Below are positions 30,601 through 39,834 of a stretch of 61,680 bases of DNA, in pieces. Numbering within the stretch: position 1 is the first letter of the stretch; every line of letters begins with the position of its first letter. Under the pieces are notes generated by a model. The model saw only the letters and a list, made by a program, of their open reading frames with translations. It made no database searches and was not told where the DNA came from. A program made the position numbers and the translations under genes. This DNA is from Bacteroidota bacterium (GTDB lineage Bacteria > Bacteroidota > Bacteroidia > Sphingobacteriales > Sphingobacteriaceae), in contig JAFDZK010000001.1 in NCBI GenBank assembly GCA_018267005.1, positions 1-61,680 of the forward strand, in the 5' to 3' direction.

Positions 30601-30642
30601 GCAACCGTTTGATTGCAAATATATACGCAATTACTCGGTTGC
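30601..30642. promoter_or_regulatory. tandem GCAACC-N4-GGTTGC-type operators over a TATATTTG promoter
   Basis: GCAACC GTTT GATTGC (30601-30616) and GCAATT ACTC GGTTGC (30627-30642); minus-strand TATATTTG at 30616-30623. Confidence 0.75.
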
Positions 30643-30825
30643 GCAATTTTTTTTGAAATATTTTTTTCCGAGCAGCAAAAGCAGGACAAGAGATTATCTC
30701 AATAAGATAGTTCACGTTGCCGTCCGAACCCAGTATCCGTTTTAAATTAGCAATTTCATTTATTCGCAATATTCCCGCACCGGAAGCGGCCAAGAATAAA
30801 AATCTATTATTTTTGCGCCTTGACT

Positions 30826-31845
30826 ATGAGTAAAAAAGGAGTTTTATTGGTCAATTTGGGCACGCCCGACAGCCCTTCAACCGCCGATGTGCGCAAGTAC
30901 CTGCGCGAATTTTTGATGGACCCGCTGGTGATCGATATTAACCCGATAGGCCGTACTTTGCTCGTAAAAGGGATCATCGCCCCGACCCGCGGGCCAAAAT
31001 CGGCTAAGTTGTACCAGGCCATTTGGGACGAAAAAACCGGTTCGCCCCTGCTCTATTACAGCCAGCTTCAGCAAAAGCTGTTGCAGGAAAAATTAGGCGA
31101 CGACTACGTAGTGGAACTGGGAATGCGCTATCAAAGCCCTTCCATAGCATCGGCACTGCAAAGGTTAAAAGACGCGTTAATCTACGATATTGTCGTCATT
31201 CCGTTATTCCCGCAATACGCGTCCGCCAGTACCGGTTCGGTTTACGATAAGGTGATGGAACTGGTGCAGCAATGGATGACCAAGCCGACTATCCGGTTCA
31301 TCAATTCATTCCACGACAACGAACTGATGATTGAGACCTTCGCCGATAACGCGCGCAAGTATAAGCCCGAAACTTACGACCATATCCTGTTCAGCTTTCA
31401 TGGCCTGCCGCAGCGCCAGTTGATCAAATCGGACCATACGCATCAGACCTGCCTTAAGGCGGCCGACTGCTGTAAAACGTTAACCGATAGTAACCGGTTC
31501 TGTTATTCAGCGCAATCGCATCATACAGCAAAACTGATCGCCAAAAAATTGAATATCCCGAAGGAAAAATATATGGTTTGTTTCCAGTCGCGCCTGGGCA
31601 ACGATCCCTGGGTGCAGCCTTACACAGTGGATGTGGTGCGCAATATGGCTAAAGAAGGCAAAAAGCGCCTGCTGGTATTTTGTCCGGCATTTGTGGCCGA
31701 CTGTCTTGAAACGATCTACGAAGTGCCCGTCGAATACGGAACCGAATTTAAAGCGCTTGGCGGCGAAGAAGTGCAATTGGTGGAGAGCCTGAACGATTCG
31801 CCGAAATTCATCGACGCGCTGGAGAACATGGTTCGTTCCGAATAA
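30826..31845 (+). CDS. hemH: ferrochelatase
   Basis: LVNLGTP, MRYQSP, PLFPQY, FSFHGLP, FQSRLG, FVADCLET; TATTTTTG at 30808-30815. Confidence 0.95.
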   Translation: MSKKGVLLVNLGTPDSPSTADVRKYLREFLMDPLVIDINPIGRTLLVKGIIAPTRGPKSAKLYQAIWDEKTGSPLLYYSQLQQKLLQEKLGDDYVVELGMRYQSPSIASALQRLKDALIYDIVVIPLFPQYASASTGSVYDKVMELVQQWMTKPTIRFINSFHDNELMIETFADNARKYKPETYDHILFSFHGLPQRQLIKSDHTHQTCLKAADCCKTLTDSNRFCYSAQSHHTAKLIAKKLNIPKEKYMVCFQSRLGNDPWVQPYTVDVVRNMAKEGKKRLLVFCPAFVADCLETIYEVPVEYGTEFKALGGEEVQLVESLNDSPKFIDALENMVRSE

Positions 31846-31901
31846 ATTTCCGTTAACTCTTTTTAACACTTTTTTTCTTGCTCAATTATTTTATCATTAT
31901 T

Positions 31902-31920
31902 TACTTTGTAACTCAAAGTA
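31902..31920. promoter_or_regulatory. palindrome TACTTTG-N5-CAAAGTA, candidate operator
   Basis: perfect 7-bp arms ending 18 nt upstream of the radical SAM start. Confidence 0.5.
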
Positions 31921-31938
31921 CTTTTTATTAAATAATTT

Positions 31939-33381
31939 ATGAAAGTAAAAATGATACTCCCGGCGCTGACCGAAGCTGAAAACCCGTTTTGGCGTCCGAT
32001 TAAATATTCACTTTTCCCCCCGCTTGGGCTGGCTACCCTGGCTGCTTATCTTTCGCCGGACGACGAGATCGACCTGCAGGACCAGCACGTAGAAAAACTG
32101 AATATTGATGACGAGCCCGATTTAGTGGTCATACAGGTTTACATCACCAACGCCTATCGCGCTTACGCGCTGGCCGATCATTACCGGGCCAAAGGGGCTT
32201 ATGTGATCCTCGGCGGGTTGCATGTAACCTCACTACCCTTTGAAGCCGCGCCGCATGCCGATACGATTTTTATGGGGCCTGGCGAAGACACCTTCCCCAG
32301 GTTTCTGGAAGACTTTCGCAATGGCCGGCCGCAAAAGATTTACCGATCGGCTATACGAACACTGGTTAAAGTACCGCCTATCCGGAGGGATCTTATCAAA
32401 CGTCATCTATACTTTGTACCCAATTCGATCGTGGTAACGCGTGGCTGCCCGCACCATTGCAGCTTTTGTTATAAAGACGCTTTTTTTGAAGGCGGCAAAA
32501 CATTTTACACGCAGGAAGTAGACGACGCTTTGGCCGAGATCGACAGGCTGCCAGGAAGACATTTGTACTTTCTGGACGATCATCTGCTGGGTAACGCCCG
32601 CTTCGCCGAAGGCTTGTTCGACGGCATGAAAGGCATGAACCGGGTGTTCCAGGGAGCTGCCACGGTCGATTCTATCCTCAGGGGAAACCTGATCGAAAAA
32701 GCGGCCGAGGCCGGGCTGCGCAGTTTATTCGTTGGCTTTGAAACCTTTTCGCCGGAAAACCTTCGGCAGAGCAATAAGAAGCAGAATTTGGAAAAAGACT
32801 ACACAAAGGCCGTCAATCGGCTGCATTCGCTGGGAATTATGATCAACGGGAGCTTCGTCTTCGGGCTGGACGAGGACGACAAAGACGTTTTTAAAAGAAC
32901 AGTAGACTGGGGCGTAAAGAATGCGATCACTACGTCTACCTATCATATCCTCACACCCTACCCGGGTACGGAACTGTTCAGGCAGATGGAAGAGCAAAAA
33001 CGAATATTGCACCGAAATTGGGACAAATATGATACCCGCACCGTGGTATATCAAACCAAAAGCATGACTGCCGATGAGCTTGAAAACGGTTACTGGTGGG
33101 CCTATAAGGAGTTTTACAAATGGAGTAACATTTTTGAGGCAAGCATGGGTCATGAATCCCTTACCCATAAACTGAAGCACTTTTGCTATGCCGGCGGCTG
33201 GAAAAAATTCGAACCGGTCTGGAATTTTCTCATCAAGACTAAAAGCCTGAATAATACCTTACCCATACTGGAAGGCGTGCTGACCAAAGTGCGGCGAGTA
33301 AATAACCCAGAAGAAATAGGAAATATGCCGGAAATTAAAAAGCATCCCGATGCTAACCGGAATGCTTCCCTCTTGTTGTGA
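31939..33381 (+). CDS. B12-binding domain radical SAM protein
   Basis: PPLGLATLAA, GGLHVT, TRGCPHHCSFC (CxxxCxxC), TPYPGT. Confidence 0.88.
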   Translation: MKVKMILPALTEAENPFWRPIKYSLFPPLGLATLAAYLSPDDEIDLQDQHVEKLNIDDEPDLVVIQVYITNAYRAYALADHYRAKGAYVILGGLHVTSLPFEAAPHADTIFMGPGEDTFPRFLEDFRNGRPQKIYRSAIRTLVKVPPIRRDLIKRHLYFVPNSIVVTRGCPHHCSFCYKDAFFEGGKTFYTQEVDDALAEIDRLPGRHLYFLDDHLLGNARFAEGLFDGMKGMNRVFQGAATVDSILRGNLIEKAAEAGLRSLFVGFETFSPENLRQSNKKQNLEKDYTKAVNRLHSLGIMINGSFVFGLDEDDKDVFKRTVDWGVKNAITTSTYHILTPYPGTELFRQMEEQKRILHRNWDKYDTRTVVYQTKSMTADELENGYWWAYKEFYKWSNIFEASMGHESLTHKLKHFCYAGGWKKFEPVWNFLIKTKSLNNTLPILEGVLTKVRRVNNPEEIGNMPEIKKHPDANRNASLLL

Positions 33382-33393
33382 ATTTTGTTTCCT

Positions 33394-33948
33394 TTATGCC
33401 TCGTGGTGCTGACCTTCGCCGATCTCTTCGATCATTTTGCTGTTAAATGCCTCCAGGTCCTTTGGCGTACGGCTGGTAACCAAACCGTTATCTACTACCA
33501 CCTCCTGGTCTATCCAATGTGCGCCGGCATTTTTCAGGTCGGTTTGCAGTGAGGGGTACGATGTCATATTCTTGCCGCCGATCAGCCCGGTTTCGATCAG
33601 CAATTGCGGACCGTGACAAATGGCCGCCACCGGCTTCCCTTCGTCTAAAAAAGCCGATGCAAAGGCTACCGCTTCTTTGTTCTGGCGCAGTTTATCCGGG
33701 TTCATTACGCCGCCGGGCAACATCAGCGCATCATAATCGTCCGGGCTTACCTGGTCGAGCTGTTTATCTACATTGATCTCGACGCCCCAATCGGTATGGT
33801 TCCATGCCTTTATTTTGCCGCTTTTGGGCGATATTACATCCACTTTGGCGCCTGCCGCTTCCAGCGCTTCTTTTGGGCTGGTTAATTCAACCTGTTCAAA
33901 CCCTTCTTCTATAAGGATCGCTACCCTTCGATGATCCAATCTTGCCAT
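33394..33948 (-). CDS. PfpI/DJ-1 family protein
   Basis: GFEQVEL, PGG, AICHGP, VTSRTP. Confidence 0.92.
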   Translation of the reverse strand: MARLDHRRVAILIEEGFEQVELTSPKEALEAAGAKVDVISPKSGKIKAWNHTDWGVEINVDKQLDQVSPDDYDALMLPGGVMNPDKLRQNKEAVAFASAFLDEGKPVAAICHGPQLLIETGLIGGKNMTSYPSLQTDLKNAGAHWIDQEVVVDNGLVTSRTPKDLEAFNSKMIEEIGEGQHHEA

Positions 33949-34075
33949 AACCTTGGTGTTTATTGATGAAATAACTAAATGCTCTTTCTATAAACTACAT
34001 TTTATGACAAAGTTGGTTTAGAGTTTTTTATAAAAGAATGACCTTAGACATATTGCAGGACAAATTCAATGTTGG

Positions 34076-34969
34076 TCAGACGTATTGTAAGGCAAAATTG
34101 ATGAAGTTGCTGGTGAGCCCGAAGTCTTCGGTCCCTTTGCGGCGAATAAAATAAAAATCGCGGGTTATTTTAAGGTCCTCGATAGGCACTTCTACCAGGT
34201 CGCCCTCAGCAAGCTGGCGTATAATGGAAGGTTTGGGCATAAAGCCGAGGCATTGGTCGGCCAATAAAAAATTCTTTAAAGCCTCCGTACCGCCAAGCCT
34301 GATCTTCACGTTCAGGTCGGCGGGTTTGATATGATGATCGGATAGCGCTTTCAGCAAAGCATTCAGCGTGCCCGAACCGCGCTCACGGAGGGCGACCGGC
34401 GTCTTTAAAAGCTGTTTCAGCGTAAGGGATTTGCCCGCAAGCGGACTGGTGGCCGAACAAACCGGTATTACTTCGTCGCTCATAAAAGGCTTATAAGAAA
34501 CGGTGGTGAGTTTATTATCTACCTCGATGATGCCTATATCAACCTCGTGGTTAAGCAAGGCGTTCAGGATGTATTCGGAATTGCGGTTAACCAGTTGCAC
34601 ATGTACATTGGCATATTCGCGCTGGAAGCCTGAGAGTATAGGCGGCAAAATATACAGGGCGATGGTAGTGCTTGCTCCCAGCCGCAGATGGCCTGCTGCC
34701 TGTGACATGTTACTGAGAATGGAAAGGTCGTACTCCACCTTGCGCTCAATATCCTTTGCCTGCAGCAGGTATTCGTTGAGCTTTTTACCGGCTTCGGTCA
34801 GCAGGATGCTATTGCCCTTTCGCTCGAACAGCGGAACTTTGTACTGATCTTCCAGCGCCTTGATATGCTTGCTGATGGCCGGCTGCGTAACAAACAGCAC
34901 CTGCGCCGCCTTGGAGAAACTCAAATTGGCAGCCACTTCCATGAATACGCGATGGGCAAAGGAAATCAT
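34076..34969 (-). CDS. LysR family regulator (CysL-like)
   Basis: SFSKAA...TQPAIS HTH; GASTTIA; RERGSGT. Confidence 0.9.
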   Translation of the reverse strand: MISFAHRVFMEVAANLSFSKAAQVLFVTQPAISKHIKALEDQYKVPLFERKGNSILLTEAGKKLNEYLLQAKDIERKVEYDLSILSNMSQAAGHLRLGASTTIALYILPPILSGFQREYANVHVQLVNRNSEYILNALLNHEVDIGIIEVDNKLTTVSYKPFMSDEVIPVCSATSPLAGKSLTLKQLLKTPVALRERGSGTLNALLKALSDHHIKPADLNVKIRLGGTEALKNFLLADQCLGFMPKPSIIRQLAEGDLVEVPIEDLKITRDFYFIRRKGTEDFGLTSNFINFALQYV

Positions 34970-34981
34970 GGTTGCGAATTT

Positions 34982-35020
34982 AGTTGATTGGGTTGATTAA
35001 GTGGGTGGTTGATTGAGTTA
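34982..35020. repeat. left nonamer arm (GGTTGATTG) of a gene-bracketing element
   Basis: agttgattg ggttgatta agtgggt ggttgattg agtta. Confidence 0.85.
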
Positions 35021-35803
35021 ATTCTTTACCCGCTCAAAGTATTGGCCGTTGAATCTGTAGAGTAAATAGTAATTGGTTATTTTTTCTTTTTCCACTACAG
35101 GCACAAATATAGTTTTCGAACTCGCATCGAAATGAAGCAATGATCTTGCATTTTTGTGCAATGCATAGTATAGATTATACTCATAGTATAGTTGACTATG
35201 TAAGCCAGTATGTGTTTTAATAATTTTTACATCGTCATTCAATTTGCCGTTTTCGATAGAAAATACTTGTAAACCTTGTCCTCGGCAAGCAGAACAATAA
35301 ATGCCCGCATATATCCCTAAATAGTAGATTTTATTTTTCACCTTCAAAGTGTAGATTTTTGTATAAAACGGGATATATTTATCTAAGCGTCCCATGTCAG
35401 TATCACGTGCCCAAATTGAATGAGTCCTGTCTTTGTCTCTGTATTGCATCACATTTTCAAACTCATGCATCGTACCGCCTCCTTTTTCGTCCCAGGAATA
35501 AATTCGGAACAATCCATCGGATGACTCAGTAATTTTCAAGCCCAACGCCTCCAGATTATACAATGAGCTCATAGTTTCGGGATAGTTGTTTGTGTAATAT
35601 TGGAGCTTTTTGCCAAATACATCATTTGCAGCCTGAAGAGAATCTGACCAGGAGGTATCTTTATTATGTCGCTGATCCCAATAATCTATCCTTTTGAAGG
35701 ATTTTGCCAAATCGTCTTCAACTATTCTTCTGGGTGCTTGCGCGAAAACCGACAATGTAGTGAGGCAGTAAAAAACAAAAAGGTAAAAGTTCAGGCATTT
35801 CAT
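35018..35803 (-). CDS. AT-rich exported hypothetical protein
   Basis: signal peptide ending SVFA-Q; RIYSWD.GGG.M motif; hand-counted GC 22/60 and 17/60 in lines 35101 and 35161. Confidence 0.75.
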   Translation of the reverse strand: MKCLNFYLFVFYCLTTLSVFAQAPRRIVEDDLAKSFKRIDYWDQRHNKDTSWSDSLQAANDVFGKKLQYYTNNYPETMSSLYNLEALGLKITESSDGLFRIYSWDEKGGGTMHEFENVMQYRDKDRTHSIWARDTDMGRLDKYIPFYTKIYTLKVKNKIYYLGIYAGIYCSACRGQGLQVFSIENGKLNDDVKIIKTHTGLHSQLYYEYNLYYALHKNARSLLHFDASSKTIFVPVVEKEKITNYYLLYRFNGQYFERVKN

Positions 35804-35862
35804 ATAATAAAAATAGGGATAATCTACTGATCATCCCTATCTATATTCTAAAGATTAGGCCA

Positions 35863-35894
35863 AACTCAATCAACCTAATCAACTCATTCTAACT
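35863..35894. repeat. right nonamer arm (CAATCAACC)
   Basis: aact caatcaacc taatcaact cattctaact; 35863-35875 is the exact reverse complement of 35007-35019. Confidence 0.85.
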
Positions 35895-36904
35895 TACTCA
35901 ACCTCTACGCCCTGCCCGATCAAATGATTCGCCATCAAATACTCCGCTATCTGCACCGCATTGGTAGCGGCGCCTTTGCGCAGGTTATCCGACACGATCC
36001 AGGCGTTCAGTGTATTCGGCTGGCTTTCGTCGCGGCGCAGGCGGCCCACAAAAACTTCGTCCTTTTCGTGCGCGTCCAGCGGCATCGGGTATTTCAGGTT
36101 GGCTACGTCGTCCACCACGACAACGCCCGGGGCTTTTGATAAAAGATCCTTCACCTCGTCCAGATCAAAATCCTTTTCAAACTCGATGTTCACCGACTCC
36201 GAGTGGCCGCCGATAACCGGGATACGCACCGTAGTGGCCGTAACGCGGATGCTGTCGTCGCCCATGATCTTTTTGGTTTCGTTCACCATCTTCATTTCTT
36301 CCTTGGTGTAACCGTTATCCAGGAAAACGTCGATATGCGGCAATACGTTCAGGTCGATCTGGTAGGGATAAGCCTTTACGCCCTCAATGCCTTTACGTTC
36401 GTTGAACAGCTGGTCGACCGCCTTTACACCGGTACCGGTTACCGACTGGTAAGTAGAAACCACCACGCGTTTGATCTTGTATTTATCGTGCAGCGGCTTC
36501 AGCGCCACCACCATTTGAATGGTGCTGCAATTGGGGTTTGCTATGATCTTGTCTTCGGCTGTCAAAACATTGGCGTTCACTTCCGGCACCACCAGCTTCT
36601 TGGTAGGGTCCATGCGCCATGCCGATGAATTGTCGACAACGGTCGTACCCGCTTCGGCGAAGCGAGGGGCCTGGGCCAATGAAGTGCTCCCGCCGGCCGA
36701 AAAGAGGGCCAGGTCGGGCTTCTGTTTTATCGCATCCTCTACAGAAACCACCTTATACTGCTTACCCTTGAATGTTACGTCTTTACCAACACTCTTTTCC
36801 GAAGCTACGGGGATCAATTCTGTTACGGGGAAGTTGCGTTCTGCCAGAACCTGCAACATTTTAGTGCCCACCAATCCTGTGGCACCTACTACTGCGACTT
36901 TCAT
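35894..36904 (-). CDS. asd: aspartate-semialdehyde dehydrogenase
   Basis: VGATGLVG, DNSSAWRM, NPNCST, STYQSVTG, GHSES, DNLRKGAATN. Confidence 0.97.
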   Translation of the reverse strand: MKVAVVGATGLVGTKMLQVLAERNFPVTELIPVASEKSVGKDVTFKGKQYKVVSVEDAIKQKPDLALFSAGGSTSLAQAPRFAEAGTTVVDNSSAWRMDPTKKLVVPEVNANVLTAEDKIIANPNCSTIQMVVALKPLHDKYKIKRVVVSTYQSVTGTGVKAVDQLFNERKGIEGVKAYPYQIDLNVLPHIDVFLDNGYTKEEMKMVNETKKIMGDDSIRVTATTVRIPVIGGHSESVNIEFEKDFDLDEVKDLLSKAPGVVVVDDVANLKYPMPLDAHEKDEVFVGRLRRDESQPNTLNAWIVSDNLRKGAATNAVQIAEYLMANHLIGQGVEVE

Positions 36905-37191
36905 TGCATTTAATTGTTTTTTAATGGTAATGAAGCTTCCTGCGGAGGTTTCATTTTGTTGTAAATTGTTAACGATAAAAATTAATTGAAAGGCAAATAT
37001 CCGAATTTTTCGTGGTTTGTCAGCCCAACCCGTAGTTGAATTGTGTGAATGTTAATTTATTAACAGAAAAACGACAAAGAATTTGAGGATTTGTAAAAAA
37101 TGTACGATCGTTTTTCGATTTCTACAAATTCGCACGTAAAAGCCGCAACTGTTCGCACAAAAAAATCTACCTTTGCATCAACTGAACTTTC

Positions 37192-38142
37192 ATGACCGAA
37201 AAAATATTAGTCATAGGCGCCAATGGCCAGATAGGGACAGAACTGGTGAGCGCTTTACGTAATATTTATGGCGCCGACAGCGTCATCGCTTCCGACATCA
37301 AAAGCCCAACGTACGCTATACGGCACACCGGCCCGTTCGAGATCGCCAACGTGTTAGATCACGATAATCTTCACCACATTTTTAATAAGCACAGGCCCAC
37401 ACAGGTGTATTTGCTGGCCGCCATCCTTTCGGCTGTTGGTGAGCAAAAACCCAAAATGGCCTGGGATCTGAACATGACCGGCCTGCTCCACGTGCTGGAC
37501 TTCGCGGTGGAATTTAAGGTGAACAAAGTTTTCTGGCCAAGCTCGATAGCCGTTTTCGGGCCGCATTCGCCGCAGCACGAAACGCCGCAATATTGCGTAA
37601 TGGACCCGAATACGGTTTACGGTTTCAGCAAGCTGGCCGGCGAAAGATGGTGCGAATACTATTTTAATAAATACGGTCTTGATATACGCAGCATCCGTTA
37701 CCCCGGCCTCATCGGCTGGCGCGCCAACCCGGGCGGCGGCACGACCGATTATGCGGTTCATATCTTCCACGAGGCCTTAAAGAACGGCAAATACGAATGT
37801 TTTCTTTCGGCAAACACGGCCCTGCCGATGATGTATATGGATGACGCCATCCGCGCGACCATTACCCTAATGGATGCGCCTGCTGAAAACCTGACGATCA
37901 GATCATCTTACAACCTCGCCGGCATAAGCTTCACTCCTGCTCAAATAGCAGAAGAGATCAAAAAGGCAATTCCTGAATTTCAGATCAGCTACGCCGCCAA
38001 CGACCCGCGCCAGGCCATTGCCGATAGCTGGCCCAAATCCATCGACGACAGCTATGCCCAAAAGGATTGGGGGTGGCAACTGGAATACGATCTGCCGAAA
38101 ATGGTGAATGATATGCTGGTGAATTTGAGCAAAATGGCTTAG
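37192..38142 (+). CDS. SDR-type L-threonine 3-dehydrogenase
   Basis: GANGQIG, LSAVGE, PSSIAVFG, YGFSK, GGGTTDYA, RQAIADSWP; TACCTTTG at 37168-37175. Confidence 0.8.
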   Translation: MTEKILVIGANGQIGTELVSALRNIYGADSVIASDIKSPTYAIRHTGPFEIANVLDHDNLHHIFNKHRPTQVYLLAAILSAVGEQKPKMAWDLNMTGLLHVLDFAVEFKVNKVFWPSSIAVFGPHSPQHETPQYCVMDPNTVYGFSKLAGERWCEYYFNKYGLDIRSIRYPGLIGWRANPGGGTTDYAVHIFHEALKNGKYECFLSANTALPMMYMDDAIRATITLMDAPAENLTIRSSYNLAGISFTPAQIAEEIKKAIPEFQISYAANDPRQAIADSWPKSIDDSYAQKDWGWQLEYDLPKMVNDMLVNLSKMA

Positions 38143-38216
38143 AGCGGAAAGCGGAAAGACCAAAGCAGAAAGCTTTTTTGTCGGGAAGTCCGAAAGTCGG
38201 CGCAAGTCCGAAAGAC
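38141..38216. repeat. nested left arms: heptamer (AAAGCnn) then octamer (AAGTCCG)
   Basis: agagcgg aaagcgg aaagacc aaagcag aaagc, then tgtcggga agtccgaa agtcggcg caagtccg aaagac. Confidence 0.88.
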
Positions 38217-38278
38217 AATTAAGGGTTTATTAGGTTGATGTCAAAATTAGTAACTTAGAGTCAACCCTTGGCGTTACT

Positions 38279-38860
38279 GTGAATAAACCACTACAAATAA
38301 TCCTTGTCCTAATTGCAACAGCTAACCTGGCTTTGCCTCAACAACTATCGACTAAAAGCAAACAAGTCAAATCCGCTTACATTCAATTAAAAGAACATCC
38401 GGATTCAAAAACCTACCAATTAAATTACATTAATATTTTCCCTAAAGATACAACTCAATTTCTTAGCGTGTTTAATCCGCCTGGCTACGGTCAATTATCC
38501 GATGGTTTTGACTATATTGAAGGCTTCTTTAGATTAGCTAAGTATCATCCTGTCGCCGTTATCAGTAAAGCAGTAGATATTGGAAAGGATTTAAAATGGG
38601 ATGCCGACGCGGTTAATTACTTGCAACATGGAATCGTAGAATTAGGGAATAAGTTTACGAGGTTGTTTATTCAAAAAGTAAACTCACTTAGCCCTAAAGA
38701 ACAATCCAATCTTATCACATTCCTTGCTGATGTGGAAAATCATGCCGCTTATCCGGAATACAAGCAGCTTATCAAAGCAATAAATGACCACGGGCAAAAA
38801 GATTTAGCAGATCAATTCACTGATGCGATGCAAAAACGTGAAAAACAGCCTCACGATTAA
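38279..38860 (+). CDS. AT-rich exported hypothetical protein
   Basis: GTG start, hydrophobic N-terminus, WDADAVNYLQ motif; hand-counted GC 15/60 in line 38401. Confidence 0.7.
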   Translation: MNKPLQIILVLIATANLALPQQLSTKSKQVKSAYIQLKEHPDSKTYQLNYINIFPKDTTQFLSVFNPPGYGQLSDGFDYIEGFFRLAKYHPVAVISKAVDIGKDLKWDADAVNYLQHGIVELGNKFTRLFIQKVNSLSPKEQSNLITFLADVENHAAYPEYKQLIKAINDHGQKDLADQFTDAMQKREKQPHD

Positions 38861-38867
38861 TCAGTTT

Positions 38868-38943
38868 TGACTAACCGACATTTGCAAAAAGCTTTCTGAC
38901 TTAGTCTTTTCGCTTTAAGCTTTAGTCTTTCAGCTTTATGCTT
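38868..38943. repeat. right arms: degenerate octamer remnant then heptamer (GCTTTnn)
   Basis: tgactaac cgaca ... gctttct gacttag tcttttc gctttaa gctttag tctttca gctttat gctt; TATTTTTG promoter at 38943-38950. Confidence 0.85.
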
Positions 38944-38960
38944 ATTTTTGCACCTTAGCG

Positions 38961-39020
38961 CTATGGACTATGGACCATGGACCGGACATGGCTATGAACC
39001 ATGATCCATCAACCATGAAC
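38961..39020. repeat. CYATGRA heptamer array in the yebC leader
   Basis: ctatgga ctatgga ccatgga ... ctatgaa ccatgat ccatcaa ccatgaa. Confidence 0.85.
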
Positions 39021-39028
39021 TAAAAAAT

Positions 39029-39757
39029 ATGGGAAGAGCATTTGAGTTCCGTAAAGAAAGAAAATTTAAACGCTGGGCCAAAATGGCGGTCCAGTTTACC
39101 CGTTTAGGGAAGGAAATTGCCATGGCCGTAAAATCGGGCGGCCCGAACATCGAAGCGAACTCGCGCCTGCGCACCGCGGTGCAGAATGCCAAAGCGGTAA
39201 ACATGCCGAAGGACCGCGTGGAAGCGGCGATCAAGCGTGCATCGAGTAAGGACGCCGGCGACTACGAAGAGATTGTGTACGAAGGCTATGCCCCGCATGG
39301 CGTGGCCGTACTGGTAGAAACCGCGACCGATAATACCAACAGAACCGTAGCCAACGTTCGCAGTTATTTTACCAAGACAGGCGGCACGTTGGGTAAAACC
39401 GGTTCATTGGATTTCGTTTTTAGCCGTAAGTCGGTATTTACTTTCGAGCCCGGCGACCGCGACCTGGAAGAACTGGAACTGGAACTGATCGATGCCGGCC
39501 TGGAAGACCTGTTTGTTGAAGCTGATGAGAACGGCAACGACATAGCTGTGATCCATACAGCTTTTGAAGATTTCGGTAAAATGCAGAAAGCTTTGGAAGA
39601 CGCCGGTATCGAGGTAAAGTCGGCCAAGTTGGAACGCATCCCGCAATCGTTCCATGAAGTAAGCGAAGAAGCGGCAGCGGATGTCATGAAGCTAATCGAT
39701 AAGTTGGAAGAGGACGACGATGTGCAGGCGGTGTACCACAACATGAGCGAGGCGTAA
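39029..39757 (+). CDS. yebC: YebC/PmpR family protein
   Basis: NMPKDRVEAAIKRA, YEGYAPHGVA, TDNTNRT, LEEDDDVQAVYHN. Confidence 0.95.
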   Translation: MGRAFEFRKERKFKRWAKMAVQFTRLGKEIAMAVKSGGPNIEANSRLRTAVQNAKAVNMPKDRVEAAIKRASSKDAGDYEEIVYEGYAPHGVAVLVETATDNTNRTVANVRSYFTKTGGTLGKTGSLDFVFSRKSVFTFEPGDRDLEELELELIDAGLEDLFVEADENGNDIAVIHTAFEDFGKMQKALEDAGIEVKSAKLERIPQSFHEVSEEAAADVMKLIDKLEEDDDVQAVYHNMSEA

Positions 39758-39764
39758 GTTAGCT

Positions 39765-39816
39765 CGTCATTGCGAGGAGCAGAAAGGACCGCAGGAGCGG
39801 GCGACGAAGCAATCTC
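39765..39816 (+). repeat. CGTC-tagged REP-like palindrome
   Basis: CGTCATTGCGAGGAG...CGACGAAGCAATCTC, the GTCATTGCGAG/GAAGCAATC pattern of CGTC REP families. Confidence 0.7.
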
Positions 39817-39834
39817 ATTAACAGAAACGGAATT

